Below, piece by piece: positions 1 through 10,344 of a DNA stretch of 59,308 nt. The stretch's first letter is position 1. Every line of letters starts with the position of its first letter. The notes beneath the pieces were generated by a model that was not told the DNA's origin, did not search any database, and worked only from the letters and a program-made list of their open reading frames with translations. This DNA comes from Thermoleophilia bacterium (GTDB lineage Bacteria > Actinomycetota > Thermoleophilia > RBG-16-64-13): positions 1 to 59,308 of the forward strand of contig JBBRDB010000001.1 of the NCBI GenBank assembly GCA_038204345.1, written 5' to 3'. The position numbers and the translations under genes are program-made.

Positions 1-328
1 CCTGCCGAGCGACTGCGGGCGGCACCGGTTCGTCGACCACCGCCAACACTCCCAGCCGCAGCCCTTCACTCTTGGCCACCTCTCCCTCGGCCAGTGAGAC
101 GTTCAGCATCGGGGCCGGGGTCTGGGGCGATGCCGCCGTGGCGGCGCCGACAGGCGCGACGTCACCGCCGCGCGAGGTAGAGGCCACGGCGGCCGTTGGC
201 GTGCGTGTCGAGACTCCGTCGCCGCCGAGCGATCCGGCAGGCGCGTTCATCCACACAACCACGAAGGCCGCCACCAGCCAGATCAACTTCATCTTCAGAC
301 TGCGCGGCAAACAGGTGACCTGACTCAT
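1..328 (-). CDS. hypothetical secreted or membrane-anchored protein; 3' end lies outside the window (not in the supplied ORF track)
   Basis: Own translation of the minus strand. ATG at 328-326 follows GGGGAGG about 9 nt upstream. The frame stays open to position 1 (109 codons): MSQVTCLPRSLKMKLIWLVAAFVVVWMNAPAGSLGG..., with one N-terminal hydrophobic helix. No family recognised. Confidence 0.4.
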   Translation of the reverse strand, partial: MSQVTCLPRSLKMKLIWLVAAFVVVWMNAPAGSLGGDGVSTRTPTAAVASTSRGGDVAPVGAATAASPQTPAPMLNVSLAEGEVAKSEGLRLGVLAVVDEPVPPAVARQ

Positions 329-412
329 CGGTGTGAACCTCCCCGGCGACGCTGACCATGAGGAGAGGATAGCCGGGGGGTCGGACAGAAGCCGTTCCGT
401 CACAGTCGAGGC

Positions 413-2419
413 GTGACCCGGACCCGTCAAGCGTGCGGTATGCTCGGAAACATGGAACGCGAGAATGACACGAGCCTGGACACCGCCGTGACGACGTGCG
501 CCTTGGACTGTCCGGACCGCTGCGCCGTGCTGGCGGAGTATTCACAGGGGCCCGACCGACGACTCCGATTAAAGGGAGACCCTCACCACCCGTTCACCAG
601 GGGCTTCCTGTGCCGCAAGATCCACCGTTACCCACACCGCCTCGCCGACCCGGAGCGGATAGTCCATCCTTGGATGCGCACGGGTGGACGTCTTGGCCCG
701 TTCCAGCCGGCGACCTGGGATGAAGCCATGGGAGCTGCGGCCGGGGCCCTCGCCCGCGCACGCGCCTACGATCCGGCTTCGATCCTCGCGATTCGCAGTT
801 CGGGTGCGATGGGCGCGGGGAAGGGCTTCCTCGACTATCTCTTCGGCCTGCTGGGTGCCCGTACCGTGGCAGGCAGCCTGTGCGACATCGCGGGCACGGA
901 AGCCGTCGCTGCCGATGCCGGCAGCCTCGCCATGAACGATCCCTCGGAGATCGATCGGGCAGAGGTGATCATCCTGTGGGGCAAGAATGCACGTGCCTCG
1001 TCCGTCCACACCGCCGCCCAGATCGTAGAGGCGCGACGCCGCGGGGCCCGAGTCGTGGCTGTGACCCCCGACGCTGCGGCGGTCCGGGGTCTGGCCGACC
1101 GCGTGATCAAGGTCCGGCCCGGCCGGGACCGCTTCCTGGCGCTCGCCGTAGCCAAGCTCCTTCTGCCCACCGCGCGACCTCCATGGGGATCGGCGTCGGG
1201 ACGAGAAGCCTTCGAGGCACTGCTGGAAGGTTTCACCATGGACGACCTACTGACCGCCTGCGACGTGACGATGGCCGACGCCCGCGCCCTGGCTGCGCAC
1301 TACGCCGGGACCCGACGCGTGGCCACCATCGTGGGATGGGGGCTCCAGCGGTACGTCACCGGCGGAGAGACCGTGCGCGCACTTCACGCGTTGGCCTTCG
1401 TAGCGGGTACCCTCGGTCATGAGGGAGGCGGTTTCTACTTCAACGTATCCTCCTCCGGCGGTTTCAAGAAGGTGGAGCAACTGCTCCGGGAAGCCGGCGC
1501 CCCTCCGATCCCGAGCCTGCCACCGCTGCGTCTCCCGCTTCTCGGACGAGAACTACCGGCCGCCGACCCTCCCATACGTGTGGCGTGGCTGGCCGCCACC
1601 AACATCGTGAACCAGGGGCCTGACTCCACCGCACTGAGGGCCGCCTTCGAAAGGGTCGAGACCGTGGTGGCCGTGGATGCCTTCTGGACCGAGACCGCGC
1701 GGACGGCGACCATCGTACTGCCGCCCGCTTTGTGGCTCGAGGAGGAGGACGTCGTCGGGTCGATGTGGCGAAGTGAGGTGGCGGCGGTCCGGCAGGTGGT
1801 CGGTCCTCCCGCGGGTTGTCGCACCGACTTCGACATACTCCAAGACCTGGCGAACAGGCTCGACGTCTCCACGCCATACGCCACGCTCGACGCCTGGCTG
1901 TGCGCCCGGCTGCCCGGAGGCGCCGACGAATTGGACCAAGTGCGAACCCACGGGCGGCGCAACCTCGTCGGAGATACCGTGGCATGGCGGAATGGATTCG
2001 ACCACCCGGACGGTCGTTTTCGATTACTCTCCTCGGTGACTCCGGCCTCCGAGGAAGACGGCCCGGGCGGTGGCAGCGAGTATCCCCTCCGATTGCTCAC
2101 TCACATACGCGGCGGCGCGATGCACTCCCAGATGACATCCAAGCAGCAATCGGACCCACTGCCGATACGCCTACACCCCGCGACCGCCGCTGCCTGCAGC
2201 CTCGACGAGGGCGCCGCCGTACGCGTCGTGTCGCGCGTGGGAGAAGTCAATGGCACTCTCAAACTCGATCCTGGGCTCCACGATGACGCCGTCGCCTGTC
2301 CCCGCGGAGGTTGGATCGAACACGGATTGGGCGTCAACGCCGCCACACAGGCGGCGGTCACCGACCTGGGTGACGGCGCCGCGTATTACTCGACGAGGGT
2401 GCGCGTCGAGCCGGTCTGA
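413..2419 (+). CDS. molybdopterin (MopB-superfamily) oxidoreductase, cytoplasmic type
   Basis: 668-aa ORF. N-terminal Cys cluster CALDCPDRC...FLC (4Fe-4S type), ILWGKNARASSVH segment, and a C-terminal molybdopterin-binding barrel (AVRVVSRVGEVNGTLKLD). No twin-arginine signal. Start is uncertain: GTG 413, ATG 440 or ATG 452. TATGCT at 439-444 sits 7 nt before ATG 452, which fits a leaderless start. Confidence 0.85.
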   Translation: MTRTRQACGMLGNMERENDTSLDTAVTTCALDCPDRCAVLAEYSQGPDRRLRLKGDPHHPFTRGFLCRKIHRYPHRLADPERIVHPWMRTGGRLGPFQPATWDEAMGAAAGALARARAYDPASILAIRSSGAMGAGKGFLDYLFGLLGARTVAGSLCDIAGTEAVAADAGSLAMNDPSEIDRAEVIILWGKNARASSVHTAAQIVEARRRGARVVAVTPDAAAVRGLADRVIKVRPGRDRFLALAVAKLLLPTARPPWGSASGREAFEALLEGFTMDDLLTACDVTMADARALAAHYAGTRRVATIVGWGLQRYVTGGETVRALHALAFVAGTLGHEGGGFYFNVSSSGGFKKVEQLLREAGAPPIPSLPPLRLPLLGRELPAADPPIRVAWLAATNIVNQGPDSTALRAAFERVETVVAVDAFWTETARTATIVLPPALWLEEEDVVGSMWRSEVAAVRQVVGPPAGCRTDFDILQDLANRLDVSTPYATLDAWLCARLPGGADELDQVRTHGRRNLVGDTVAWRNGFDHPDGRFRLLSSVTPASEEDGPGGGSEYPLRLLTHIRGGAMHSQMTSKQQSDPLPIRLHPATAAACSLDEGAAVRVVSRVGEVNGTLKLDPGLHDDAVACPRGGWIEHGLGVNAATQAAVTDLGDGAAYYSTRVRVEPV

Positions 2420-2532
2420 TTCTTCACCACATCCTCACACCATTCTCATACTTCCCGGCTATCGTGATCTGTGACAGGCGAAGGACATCACCCCGAGGTG
2501 TACGAGGCTGAGGGCGGAAAGGACCTGACCCC

Positions 2533-2766
2533 ATGGCGCTGAGACACAAAGCCGCGACTCTGACAGTAGTTCTTGGAATGATGGCCGCCGCATCGACGGG
2601 TGCGCAGGAGGCCACGGGTACGACCGAGCAGATCGACCGTGTCGACGGTTCGAACGCTCGAATCTCCCTCGTCTCCCCCCATGACGGGGGCGAACTCGTG
2701 GTACTCGAGACCAGAAGACAGAAGCCGGCCGCCGACGACGACGCACCCCTGCCGTCCGCAGCCTGA
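2533..2766 (+). CDS. small hypothetical secreted protein
   Basis: 77-aa ORF with a signal-peptide-like N-terminus (MALRHKAATLTVVLGMMAAASTGAQE). GAAAGGA lies about 10 nt upstream. Sits in a locally less GC-rich spacer. No homology recognised. Confidence 0.35.
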   Translation: MALRHKAATLTVVLGMMAAASTGAQEATGTTEQIDRVDGSNARISLVSPHDGGELVVLETRRQKPAADDDAPLPSAA

Positions 2767-2878
2767 ACTGTAAGGACCACCCCGGTGTGGGCACGCGGCC
2801 TATCCCCCTGGCCCGCCCCCGTAAGAAGGCCCGCCTCGAAACTGTCCGGAGCGGGTCTTCGTGCGTCCGGGATCGTAC

Positions 2879-5800
2879 TCACACTCCCGGCAAGGTTGGC
2901 TGCGTCGGCGCCTCTCCCCCGAGTTCCACCACGTTCGCAGCGGGATGCACTTCCCGCAACAGATCGGCGGTGGCAGGGTGACACGTGAAGAACAGCACCT
3001 GATGTTCAGTTGAGAAGGAGGCCAGGACCTCCGCGGTCGCCCGGGCACGACGAGGGTCGAAGTTCACGAGCACGTCGTCCATGATGACGGGTACTGCGGT
3101 AGCTCGACGGCTGAACTCGCGGGCCAGGCCGAAGCGCAGGCTCAGGTAAAGCTGCTCCAGGGTGCCCCGGCTCAACTCCTCGGGCCGCTTCAGCCCGCCG
3201 CAATCGTCCACCACGACGAAGCCCTCAGCGTCTTCGCGTTCCATGATCTGCGTGTACGCCCCGCTGGTGACCTGCGAGAATCCCGCCGAAGCCTCCATCA
3301 ACACCGGCGGCTGACGCGTACGGGAGTAGTCGGCGAGCGTGTCTTCGATCAGCACCTTGGCGGTCGTCACCACCTCCCAGCGACGCAGTGCTGACTGTAG
3401 CTCCTCACGGATACCGGCAGCCCCGAGTTCGAGCGTCGCCACGTCCGAGGACTCCTCGAGCTGCTGCCTGCTCCTTTCGGCGTCCCTGTGTTGCCGAATC
3501 GCTTCGATCTTTTCTTCACGGGCCCCTTCGAGCGCAGCCGCTGAACGTTCTGCCTCCCTCTCCCAGAGGTCTACCCTGCCTTCTGCGAGTTCGGCCCGCG
3601 ACCCCGCCGCCGAAGGGCCCTTCCCCAACCGGGTCTCCAATGCCTTGCGCGCCTGGGCCGCCCGTTCCTCGAGGTCGTGCCGCCGGCGAGCCAGGGCAAG
3701 CCGCTCGTGGAAGGCCTCCTCGTCGGCGACGCCCGCTTCACTTATGATCGCGTCCCGCTCCCGTTCCGCAGCGGCCACGGCGCTGTGCGCGGCCTCGAGC
3801 CTGAGCTCGATCGACCTGAGGCCTTCTTCCAGCAGCGCCAGCCTGTCCCGCGTCGTGCGATCGGCTCGGCAGAGCTCCTGCAGGTCTCGCGCCGCGCTCA
3901 CCAATGCCGCGCCCGGTGGAACCTCGGCTTCACGGCCGGCTTCCGCGAGTAGCGCGCGCGCCGTCGACTCCCACGCATCGGCATCGGCACGCAGCCGTCG
4001 GCATCGTCCCTGCATGTCATCGCGAGATTCCAGGCTCTTCTTGGCCTCGGCCACGGTCTGGAGGAACTCACCCGCCCCCTCGCCGCCGAAATGTGCCGTG
4101 ATCCCGAGGCCGGATTTCCACTCGGCCCAATCCGAGCGAAGGCGTCTTTCGGAAGCGCGGACTTCCTCCAGAGATGCCGATCTCCGTTCGGCCGCCGCAC
4201 GCGCCCGGGCCAGCTCATCCTCCATCTCAGCCAGGCGACCCTCGGCCTCGCGTCTCGTGCGCAGCGACTCGCGGGCATCCAGGATGAGGGCCTCGCGCTG
4301 CTCGACCTCCTCCCAGGTGGGCTGAGGAGCGAGATCCAGCAGGGCGGCGGCCGCGGCGATGCGCCCTTCCAGCTCACGGGTGCGCTCCTCCAGCACTTCG
4401 AGGTTGGACCGCGCCGTGTCAAGCGCCGCCTCGAGTCTGGAGATCTCGACCGCCGACTCTTCCCCAGAAGTGGCGCGAGAAGTGGCGCGACTCCACAGGA
4501 AGGCGGCTGCCCCGAGGATCGCCGCCGTCATACCGAGGGCAAGACCCCAGCTCGGATCGACCGTCGCCCCCAGTACCACCGCCGCCGCCAGTGAAATCAG
4601 GGCGGCGGCCGCCATGCCCCACGCGACGGCCTCGGTTCCGCCCCGCGCCGGGGAGGCTGCAGCCCCGGCGTCGCGAGCCGTGTGGAGAGCATGCTCGCGA
4701 TCGGCAACAGAAGCATGGAGGCCGGCGTTCTCTACCACATAGCCGTGCGCCTCGTGCAACCCCGTCCGCAACCGCCGCAGAGCGGCTTCCCGGGCCCGCA
4801 GGAGGAATTCCTCGGGAGCCTCGACGGCCTCAAGGCGCTCACGCATCCGATCCCTCTCTGCCTCATACTCCTCCGCGCGGTCGAGCGCCGACTCGTAGGC
4901 CCGCCCCGCCTCTTCGACGACCCTCACAGACTCTGCGAGACGCAGCCCCCACTCTCGCACTTCTTCCTGACGCGCCAGGGACAGGTCGAACGTCCGGATC
5001 CTGTGCTCATCCCAGTCCGGACCGAGATCGATGTGCGCTCGCGCCAATCGCTCCTCAGCCCGGAGCAAGGCCGCTTGTGCTTCCGGCATGGCTGCGAGCC
5101 GATCGTCGTAGACGCCCGAGCTGTCGACGGCTCGATCCACACGCGGGGACAGAGCCATCAACTCCGCCCTCAGCGACGCGGAGGCGGTCTCCACGTTCTT
5201 GCTGCCGCCCTCCAACTCCATCTGGAGATCGGTTGCGGCGCGGCTGGCGGCGTCCAGGGTCGACAGCGTGTCTCGGAGACGCAGCTCTGAATCGATAGGG
5301 ACATCGTCGATCGGACCGAGACGCGCCAACTCGTGCAGAGCGTCGTCGAGTTCGACCTGTTCGGGCCACAACTCGAGGAGGAGCCGGTATCGCTCGAGGG
5401 CCTTGCGCAGCGTCTCCTCGCGGTCCTCCGCCCCGTTCACCCGAGCCGCCGCTTCTTCCTCCGCCAGCAACAACGCCGGATACCCGGCCGCGGCGGCGCG
5501 GGCCTCCGACGCCACAGATTCGGCCTCTGCCAACCTCTCGATGAGCGTGTTGATCGTGCCGCCCTTGCGCGGCCGCAGAAGATCCCCGGCCTCCTTGTCG
5601 AGCCGCGCCACCACTTGGCGGGCGGAGCGGCCGGCGCCGGCGATGCCGGCCGAGAAGATGCGGTCGCGCACCCCCTCGCCGGTAAGCGACTTCAAGTCCT
5701 GCAGCTCGGTGAGACTAAAGGCGAAGACCGAGTTGAAGAGGCCCGCATCGACGCCGCCGAGGAGCCTGCGTACCGCCTCGTCTCCCTGCTCCACCCGGTC

Positions 5801-6091
5801 GGAGAAGATCACGCGGGGGGTCCGCGAGCGCACCATGCGCTCCACAGCGGTCTCTCCCTCGGCCCCCATGAGGAACACTCGGCCGCCGTGTTCTCCACCG
5901 TGAAGGGGCGGATAGTTGTCGCCCGCTCCCCGAGACGGATAGCCCACAAGGACCCACCGCAGGAACGCGAGCAGGGTGGACTTGCCGGCTTCGTTGGGCC
6001 CCAGGAATACTGTGAGACCCTCGCTCAGACCGCGCCGATCGTAGCCGCTGAAGACACCGAAGCCGTCGACATGCCAGCCGTCTATGTGCAC
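2879..6091 (-). CDS. SMC/Rad50-like AAA ATPase, YhaN/SbcE (SbcC-like) family
   Basis: 1070 aa. Walker A GPNEAGKST at the N-terminus. Very long Glu/Arg/Ala/Leu-rich coiled-coil region. C-terminal ABC-signature-like SRGTLEQLYLSLRF and Walker B VIMDDVLVNFD. Overlaps the upstream nuclease gene by 10 nt. Two predicted TM helices mid-protein (aa ~488-534). Confidence 0.85.
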   Translation of the reverse strand: MHIDGWHVDGFGVFSGYDRRGLSEGLTVFLGPNEAGKSTLLAFLRWVLVGYPSRGAGDNYPPLHGGEHGGRVFLMGAEGETAVERMVRSRTPRVIFSDRVEQGDEAVRRLLGGVDAGLFNSVFAFSLTELQDLKSLTGEGVRDRIFSAGIAGAGRSARQVVARLDKEAGDLLRPRKGGTINTLIERLAEAESVASEARAAAAGYPALLLAEEEAAARVNGAEDREETLRKALERYRLLLELWPEQVELDDALHELARLGPIDDVPIDSELRLRDTLSTLDAASRAATDLQMELEGGSKNVETASASLRAELMALSPRVDRAVDSSGVYDDRLAAMPEAQAALLRAEERLARAHIDLGPDWDEHRIRTFDLSLARQEEVREWGLRLAESVRVVEEAGRAYESALDRAEEYEAERDRMRERLEAVEAPEEFLLRAREAALRRLRTGLHEAHGYVVENAGLHASVADREHALHTARDAGAAASPARGGTEAVAWGMAAAALISLAAAVVLGATVDPSWGLALGMTAAILGAAAFLWSRATSRATSGEESAVEISRLEAALDTARSNLEVLEERTRELEGRIAAAAALLDLAPQPTWEEVEQREALILDARESLRTRREAEGRLAEMEDELARARAAAERRSASLEEVRASERRLRSDWAEWKSGLGITAHFGGEGAGEFLQTVAEAKKSLESRDDMQGRCRRLRADADAWESTARALLAEAGREAEVPPGAALVSAARDLQELCRADRTTRDRLALLEEGLRSIELRLEAAHSAVAAAERERDAIISEAGVADEEAFHERLALARRRHDLEERAAQARKALETRLGKGPSAAGSRAELAEGRVDLWEREAERSAAALEGAREEKIEAIRQHRDAERSRQQLEESSDVATLELGAAGIREELQSALRRWEVVTTAKVLIEDTLADYSRTRQPPVLMEASAGFSQVTSGAYTQIMEREDAEGFVVVDDCGGLKRPEELSRGTLEQLYLSLRFGLAREFSRRATAVPVIMDDVLVNFDPRRARATAEVLASFSTEHQVLFFTCHPATADLLREVHPAANVVELGGEAPTQPTLPGV
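4467..4490. repeat. perfect 12-bp tandem duplication (GAAGTGGCGCGA x2) inside the ATPase gene
   Basis: Read directly from the sequence. Encodes SRAT-SRAT immediately after the TM hairpin. Confidence 0.9.
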
Positions 6092-7434
6092 GAGACCGAC
6101 TCCTCCTCTAAGAGCCCGAGAGCCAGCGCCCGCGCATCGGCCACGAGAGAGCGCGCATCGGCGTCCAGGATCCCCTGCGCCAGTCCCGACGCCTTCCTGG
6201 GGGCCTGGGGCAGAACCCGTTCGGAGATGAAGCCGCCCGGATCCGCTTCAGCGGCGATCAGCGCATCCGCCCTCTCCACAACGGCTGCAGAGAAATCGTC
6301 CCGCGCGCGGATGACGTCGAGGTCGAGTCCGGGCCGGGTGTGGTCGCGCACCGATTCCCACCACAAGAAGGGTTCTTCGCCCTCGAACTCGGTGCGGAGA
6401 TCGGCGACCAAGCCCTCCACGCCTCCGGCGCAGCCCAGATCTGCGTGCACCGGCCCTCTACCTCGAAGGAGCGCCCTGAGAACGACACCGCCGTCCCCGG
6501 GCGACACACGCAGAGACTCGGCTTCAGCCTGGAGTCTCGCCCGCAGGGAGCCAAGGTCGTCCAGACCGCCTACGTCGACCTCGACCGCGGCGAAGCGGAC
6601 TCGATCGACGGGCACCGGCTCGACCCGACGAACGGCCCCACCTTCCACGTGGACCACGCAGACGCTCTTCTCCCCACGCTCGCTGGGCTTAAGGCTCCTG
6701 CCCTGCGTGCCCCCGGCATAGACGACCCACGGCGCACCCTCGTGCAACACCTGGTGAAGATGGATGTGACCGAGCGCCCAGTAGTCGAAGCCGGGACGCA
6801 CGAGATCATCCAATGAGCAGGGACTGTACGGAGCATGGGTCGGATCCCCGCCTACGTTGCAGTGTAGAAGGGCGATCTTGAGTCCCGGCGCCGTCGTAGG
6901 GTGATAGCGCGCGCTCAGATCTTCAGTCACGTCTCGCCGCCCGTAGCTGATCCCGTGCACGTGGGCGACCACGGACCCGCCACGCTCCACGGGAACTACC
7001 TCCACCTCTGAAGCCCCGAACACATGCACTCCCGCAGGCCACTCCCGCACCCCCGGCCACCCTCCGAGCGGGTCATGGTTGCCGTGGACGATGAAGACGG
7101 GCACGCCGGCCGCGCTCAGCCGCCGCAAACCTGATAGGAAGCGCAGTTGGGCCCGGACGCCCCGCTCCGCGCCGTCGTAGACGTCGCCCGCGATGAGCAA
7201 GAAGGCCGCCCCGCGCTCCAAGGTGAGGCGCACCACCTCGTCGAACGCGCCGAGCGAAGCTTCGCGCAGCGCTTCGGCGACGGCGGGTGACGCGGTCCCC
7301 ACGCCCTCATAAGGCGTGTCGAGGTGCAGATCGGCGGCATGTACGAAACAGAAGCCCACGGGTGTGATCGTAGCATCAGGGGCGGACGGACACCTCCCGG
7401 ATGCAGCCGTTGGCGACACGCCACCTTCGTCCAC
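6082..7434 (-). CDS. metallophosphoesterase DNA-repair exonuclease, SbcD/YhaO (SbcF)-like
   Basis: Calcineurin-like phosphoesterase motifs in order: FVHAADLHLD, IAGDVYD, VHGNHDP, LLHCNV, LGHIHLH. Forms a 10-nt overlap with the ATPase gene. Start is uncertain (GTG 7434 or GTG 7359); neither has a clear SD. Confidence 0.85.
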   Translation of the reverse strand: MDEGGVSPTAASGRCPSAPDATITPVGFCFVHAADLHLDTPYEGVGTASPAVAEALREASLGAFDEVVRLTLERGAAFLLIAGDVYDGAERGVRAQLRFLSGLRRLSAAGVPVFIVHGNHDPLGGWPGVREWPAGVHVFGASEVEVVPVERGGSVVAHVHGISYGRRDVTEDLSARYHPTTAPGLKIALLHCNVGGDPTHAPYSPCSLDDLVRPGFDYWALGHIHLHQVLHEGAPWVVYAGGTQGRSLKPSERGEKSVCVVHVEGGAVRRVEPVPVDRVRFAAVEVDVGGLDDLGSLRARLQAEAESLRVSPGDGGVVLRALLRGRGPVHADLGCAGGVEGLVADLRTEFEGEEPFLWWESVRDHTRPGLDLDVIRARDDFSAAVVERADALIAAEADPGGFISERVLPQAPRKASGLAQGILDADARSLVADARALALGLLEEESVSCT

Positions 7435-7445
7435 CAGGGCGCGAG

Positions 7446-8012
7446 TCAGAAATCGATACCCGCCCTGGCTCGCACGCCTCGGTCGAACGGGTGGCTGACT
7501 TTCGCCATGTGAGTCACGACATCGGCGACAGCCACGAGGGCCTCCGGAGCGTCACGTCCCGTGGCGATGACGTTGACCCCGTCCGCGCGCAGGCGTATGG
7601 CATCCACGACCTCGTCCACTCCGATCCATCCGAACGCCATGGCGTAGGTGATCTCGTCGAGGACTACGAGGCGATATCGGCCGGACTCGAGGGCCTCGGC
7701 CGCATGCCACCAGGCGGAGAGCGCCATGATCTGCGATGTGCCCAAGTCGGGCGATTCCCACGTGAACCCATTGCCGCCCTTCACCCAGGTGACTCCCAGC
7801 GTGCGCAGTACGGCCTCTTCGCCCGAGATCCAGTCCTCCGATTTCAGGAACTGCACCACATAGACCGGCCACTCCTCGGCAAGAGCCCGCAGGACGACAC
7901 CCCACGCGGCGGTGGACTTGCCCTTACCGTCTCCGGTGTTGAGAAGGACGAGTGAACCAGGAGGTTCGGAAGAAGGGCCGGGCGAGAACGGGGACCGTGT
8001 TCCGTCGCTCAT
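7446..8012 (-). CDS. cobO: ATP:cob(I)alamin (cob(I)yrinic acid a,c-diamide) adenosyltransferase
   Basis: Trimmed from track ORF 7446..8111 to ATG 8012 (GGAGG about 9 nt upstream). P-loop NTGDGKGKSTAA, then VVQFLK, GFTWE, VVLDEITY, HPFDRGVRARAGIDF. Collinear with CobA/CobO/BtuR. Confidence 0.9.
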   Translation of the reverse strand: MSDGTRSPFSPGPSSEPPGSLVLLNTGDGKGKSTAAWGVVLRALAEEWPVYVVQFLKSEDWISGEEAVLRTLGVTWVKGGNGFTWESPDLGTSQIMALSAWWHAAEALESGRYRLVVLDEITYAMAFGWIGVDEVVDAIRLRADGVNVIATGRDAPEALVAVADVVTHMAKVSHPFDRGVRARAGIDF

Positions 8013-8216
8013 GAAAGAGAACCTCCGCGTGAAGCGGAGGAAGAGGCCCGGCGCCCGGAGGTAGCGGCCGCCCGAACCGCCCTTCCTCCGAGGGCCGCAT
8101 TCGTTCGGCATGGCGCAGGCGACCTGGCTCTCCCCGAAGGGAACACAGTTGCGGGACAGCGCCGGATTCTCACCGGCTTCGCTGCCGTCATGCCGGCCGG
8201 AGTCACTGCTCCGGCG
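8013..8216 (-). promoter_or_regulatory. cobalamin (B12) riboswitch with a translational expression platform
   Basis: The minus strand reads GCCGGTGAGAATCCGGCGCTGTCCCGCAACTGTG (8145-8174 core). A B12-box-like AGCCAGGTCGCCTGC follows at 8115-8129. Hairpin CCTCCGC-TTCAC-GCGGAGG (8022-8040) buries the cobO SD. Alternative partners are CGGAGGAAGG (8081-8090) and ACCTCCG (8056-8062). Confidence 0.8.
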
Positions 8217-8222
8217 AAGAAG

Positions 8223-8251
8223 ATGATAGGGAAGACAGGGCCTAAGGACAA
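8223..8251 (-). promoter_or_regulatory. sigma70-type promoter for the riboswitch/cobO transcript
   Basis: Minus strand: TTGTCC (8251-8246), 17-nt spacer, TATCAT (8228-8223). Confidence 0.5.
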
Positions 8252-8313
8252 GTCGATGAGTGCGGAGCCGCCGCCCTCCCGGGCAAGACGCTTGGGACCG
8301 GGCCGGCGCCCCC

Positions 8314-8616
8314 CTACCTGCCCCTGACAGCCAGTCCGAGGTATGCCGCTACCGTCGCGAAGATGCCGGCAGGCCAGAGGGCCAGGAGCGAGACGCCCAG
8401 TCCCTCCATCTCTCCTTGCGCCGCATTGACGACGGTGACCCGTACCGGGTAGTTGTAGATGCGCGGGAAGCGCTCCAGAACGGCCGGTCCAATGTTCATG
8501 AGCACCGCCACGACGGGCAGCACCCAGACCGTCCAGCGGTCACCCCAGCCGTCGGGGGTGCCGTCGGCTGCGAAGTGCAAGGGAACGCGAGCAGGCGGGC
8601 GCTGCACCGGCTCCAT
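8314..8616 (-). CDS. small membrane protein, DUF1648-like
   Basis: 100 aa. VPLHFAADGTPDGWGDRW followed by two hydrophobic helices, resembling the SdpI-N/DUF1648 pattern (HxxxxGxPDxWg). Lacks the usual first helix. Confidence 0.5.
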   Translation of the reverse strand: MEPVQRPPARVPLHFAADGTPDGWGDRWTVWVLPVVAVLMNIGPAVLERFPRIYNYPVRVTVVNAAQGEMEGLGVSLLALWPAGIFATVAAYLGLAVRGR

Positions 8617-8742
8617 CCGATCGACCTCCCACCACTGTCTTCAGTCCGAGTCAGATTCTACACGCGAAGTGAAAACCGGCTGCGAGGCGAGGACGGAGCC
8701 TCGGCCCGAGAGAGAGCCACTCCGTGCGGGTCCGAACCGTGA

Positions 8743-10260
<1,518 letters not shown>

Positions 10261-10271
10261 CGAGCGACCGG

Positions 10272-10295
10272 GGGACCCGGGGACCCGGGTTCCCG
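10272..10295 (+). terminator. possible guaB terminator hairpin in the convergent spacer
   Basis: GGGGACCC (10272-10279) can pair with GGGTTCCC (10288-10295), including one G-U, around an 8-nt loop that is itself a copy of GGGGACCC. There is no U tract. Confidence 0.25.
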
Positions 10296-10344
10296 CCGAC
10301 TCAAGGACTTGCACGCTCGTAGCCCGACCTGCGCGCGAAGTGGT

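Noticed and set aside
2879-7434. Reading the SMC-like ATPase + phosphoesterase pair as a novel anti-phage defence system.
   Set aside because: The motif order and 10-nt coupling match the housekeeping YhaO/YhaN (SbcF/SbcE)-type repair pair. There are no flanking integrases, methylases, toxins or compositional shift. It is kept only as a finding, because of the TM hairpin and the riboswitch proximity.
10266-10296. Tandem GGGGACCC repeats considered as a CRISPR or other repeat array.
   Set aside because: There are only two 8-nt copies plus a partial inverted copy, with no spacers. This is more simply a weak hairpin in a convergent intergenic spacer.
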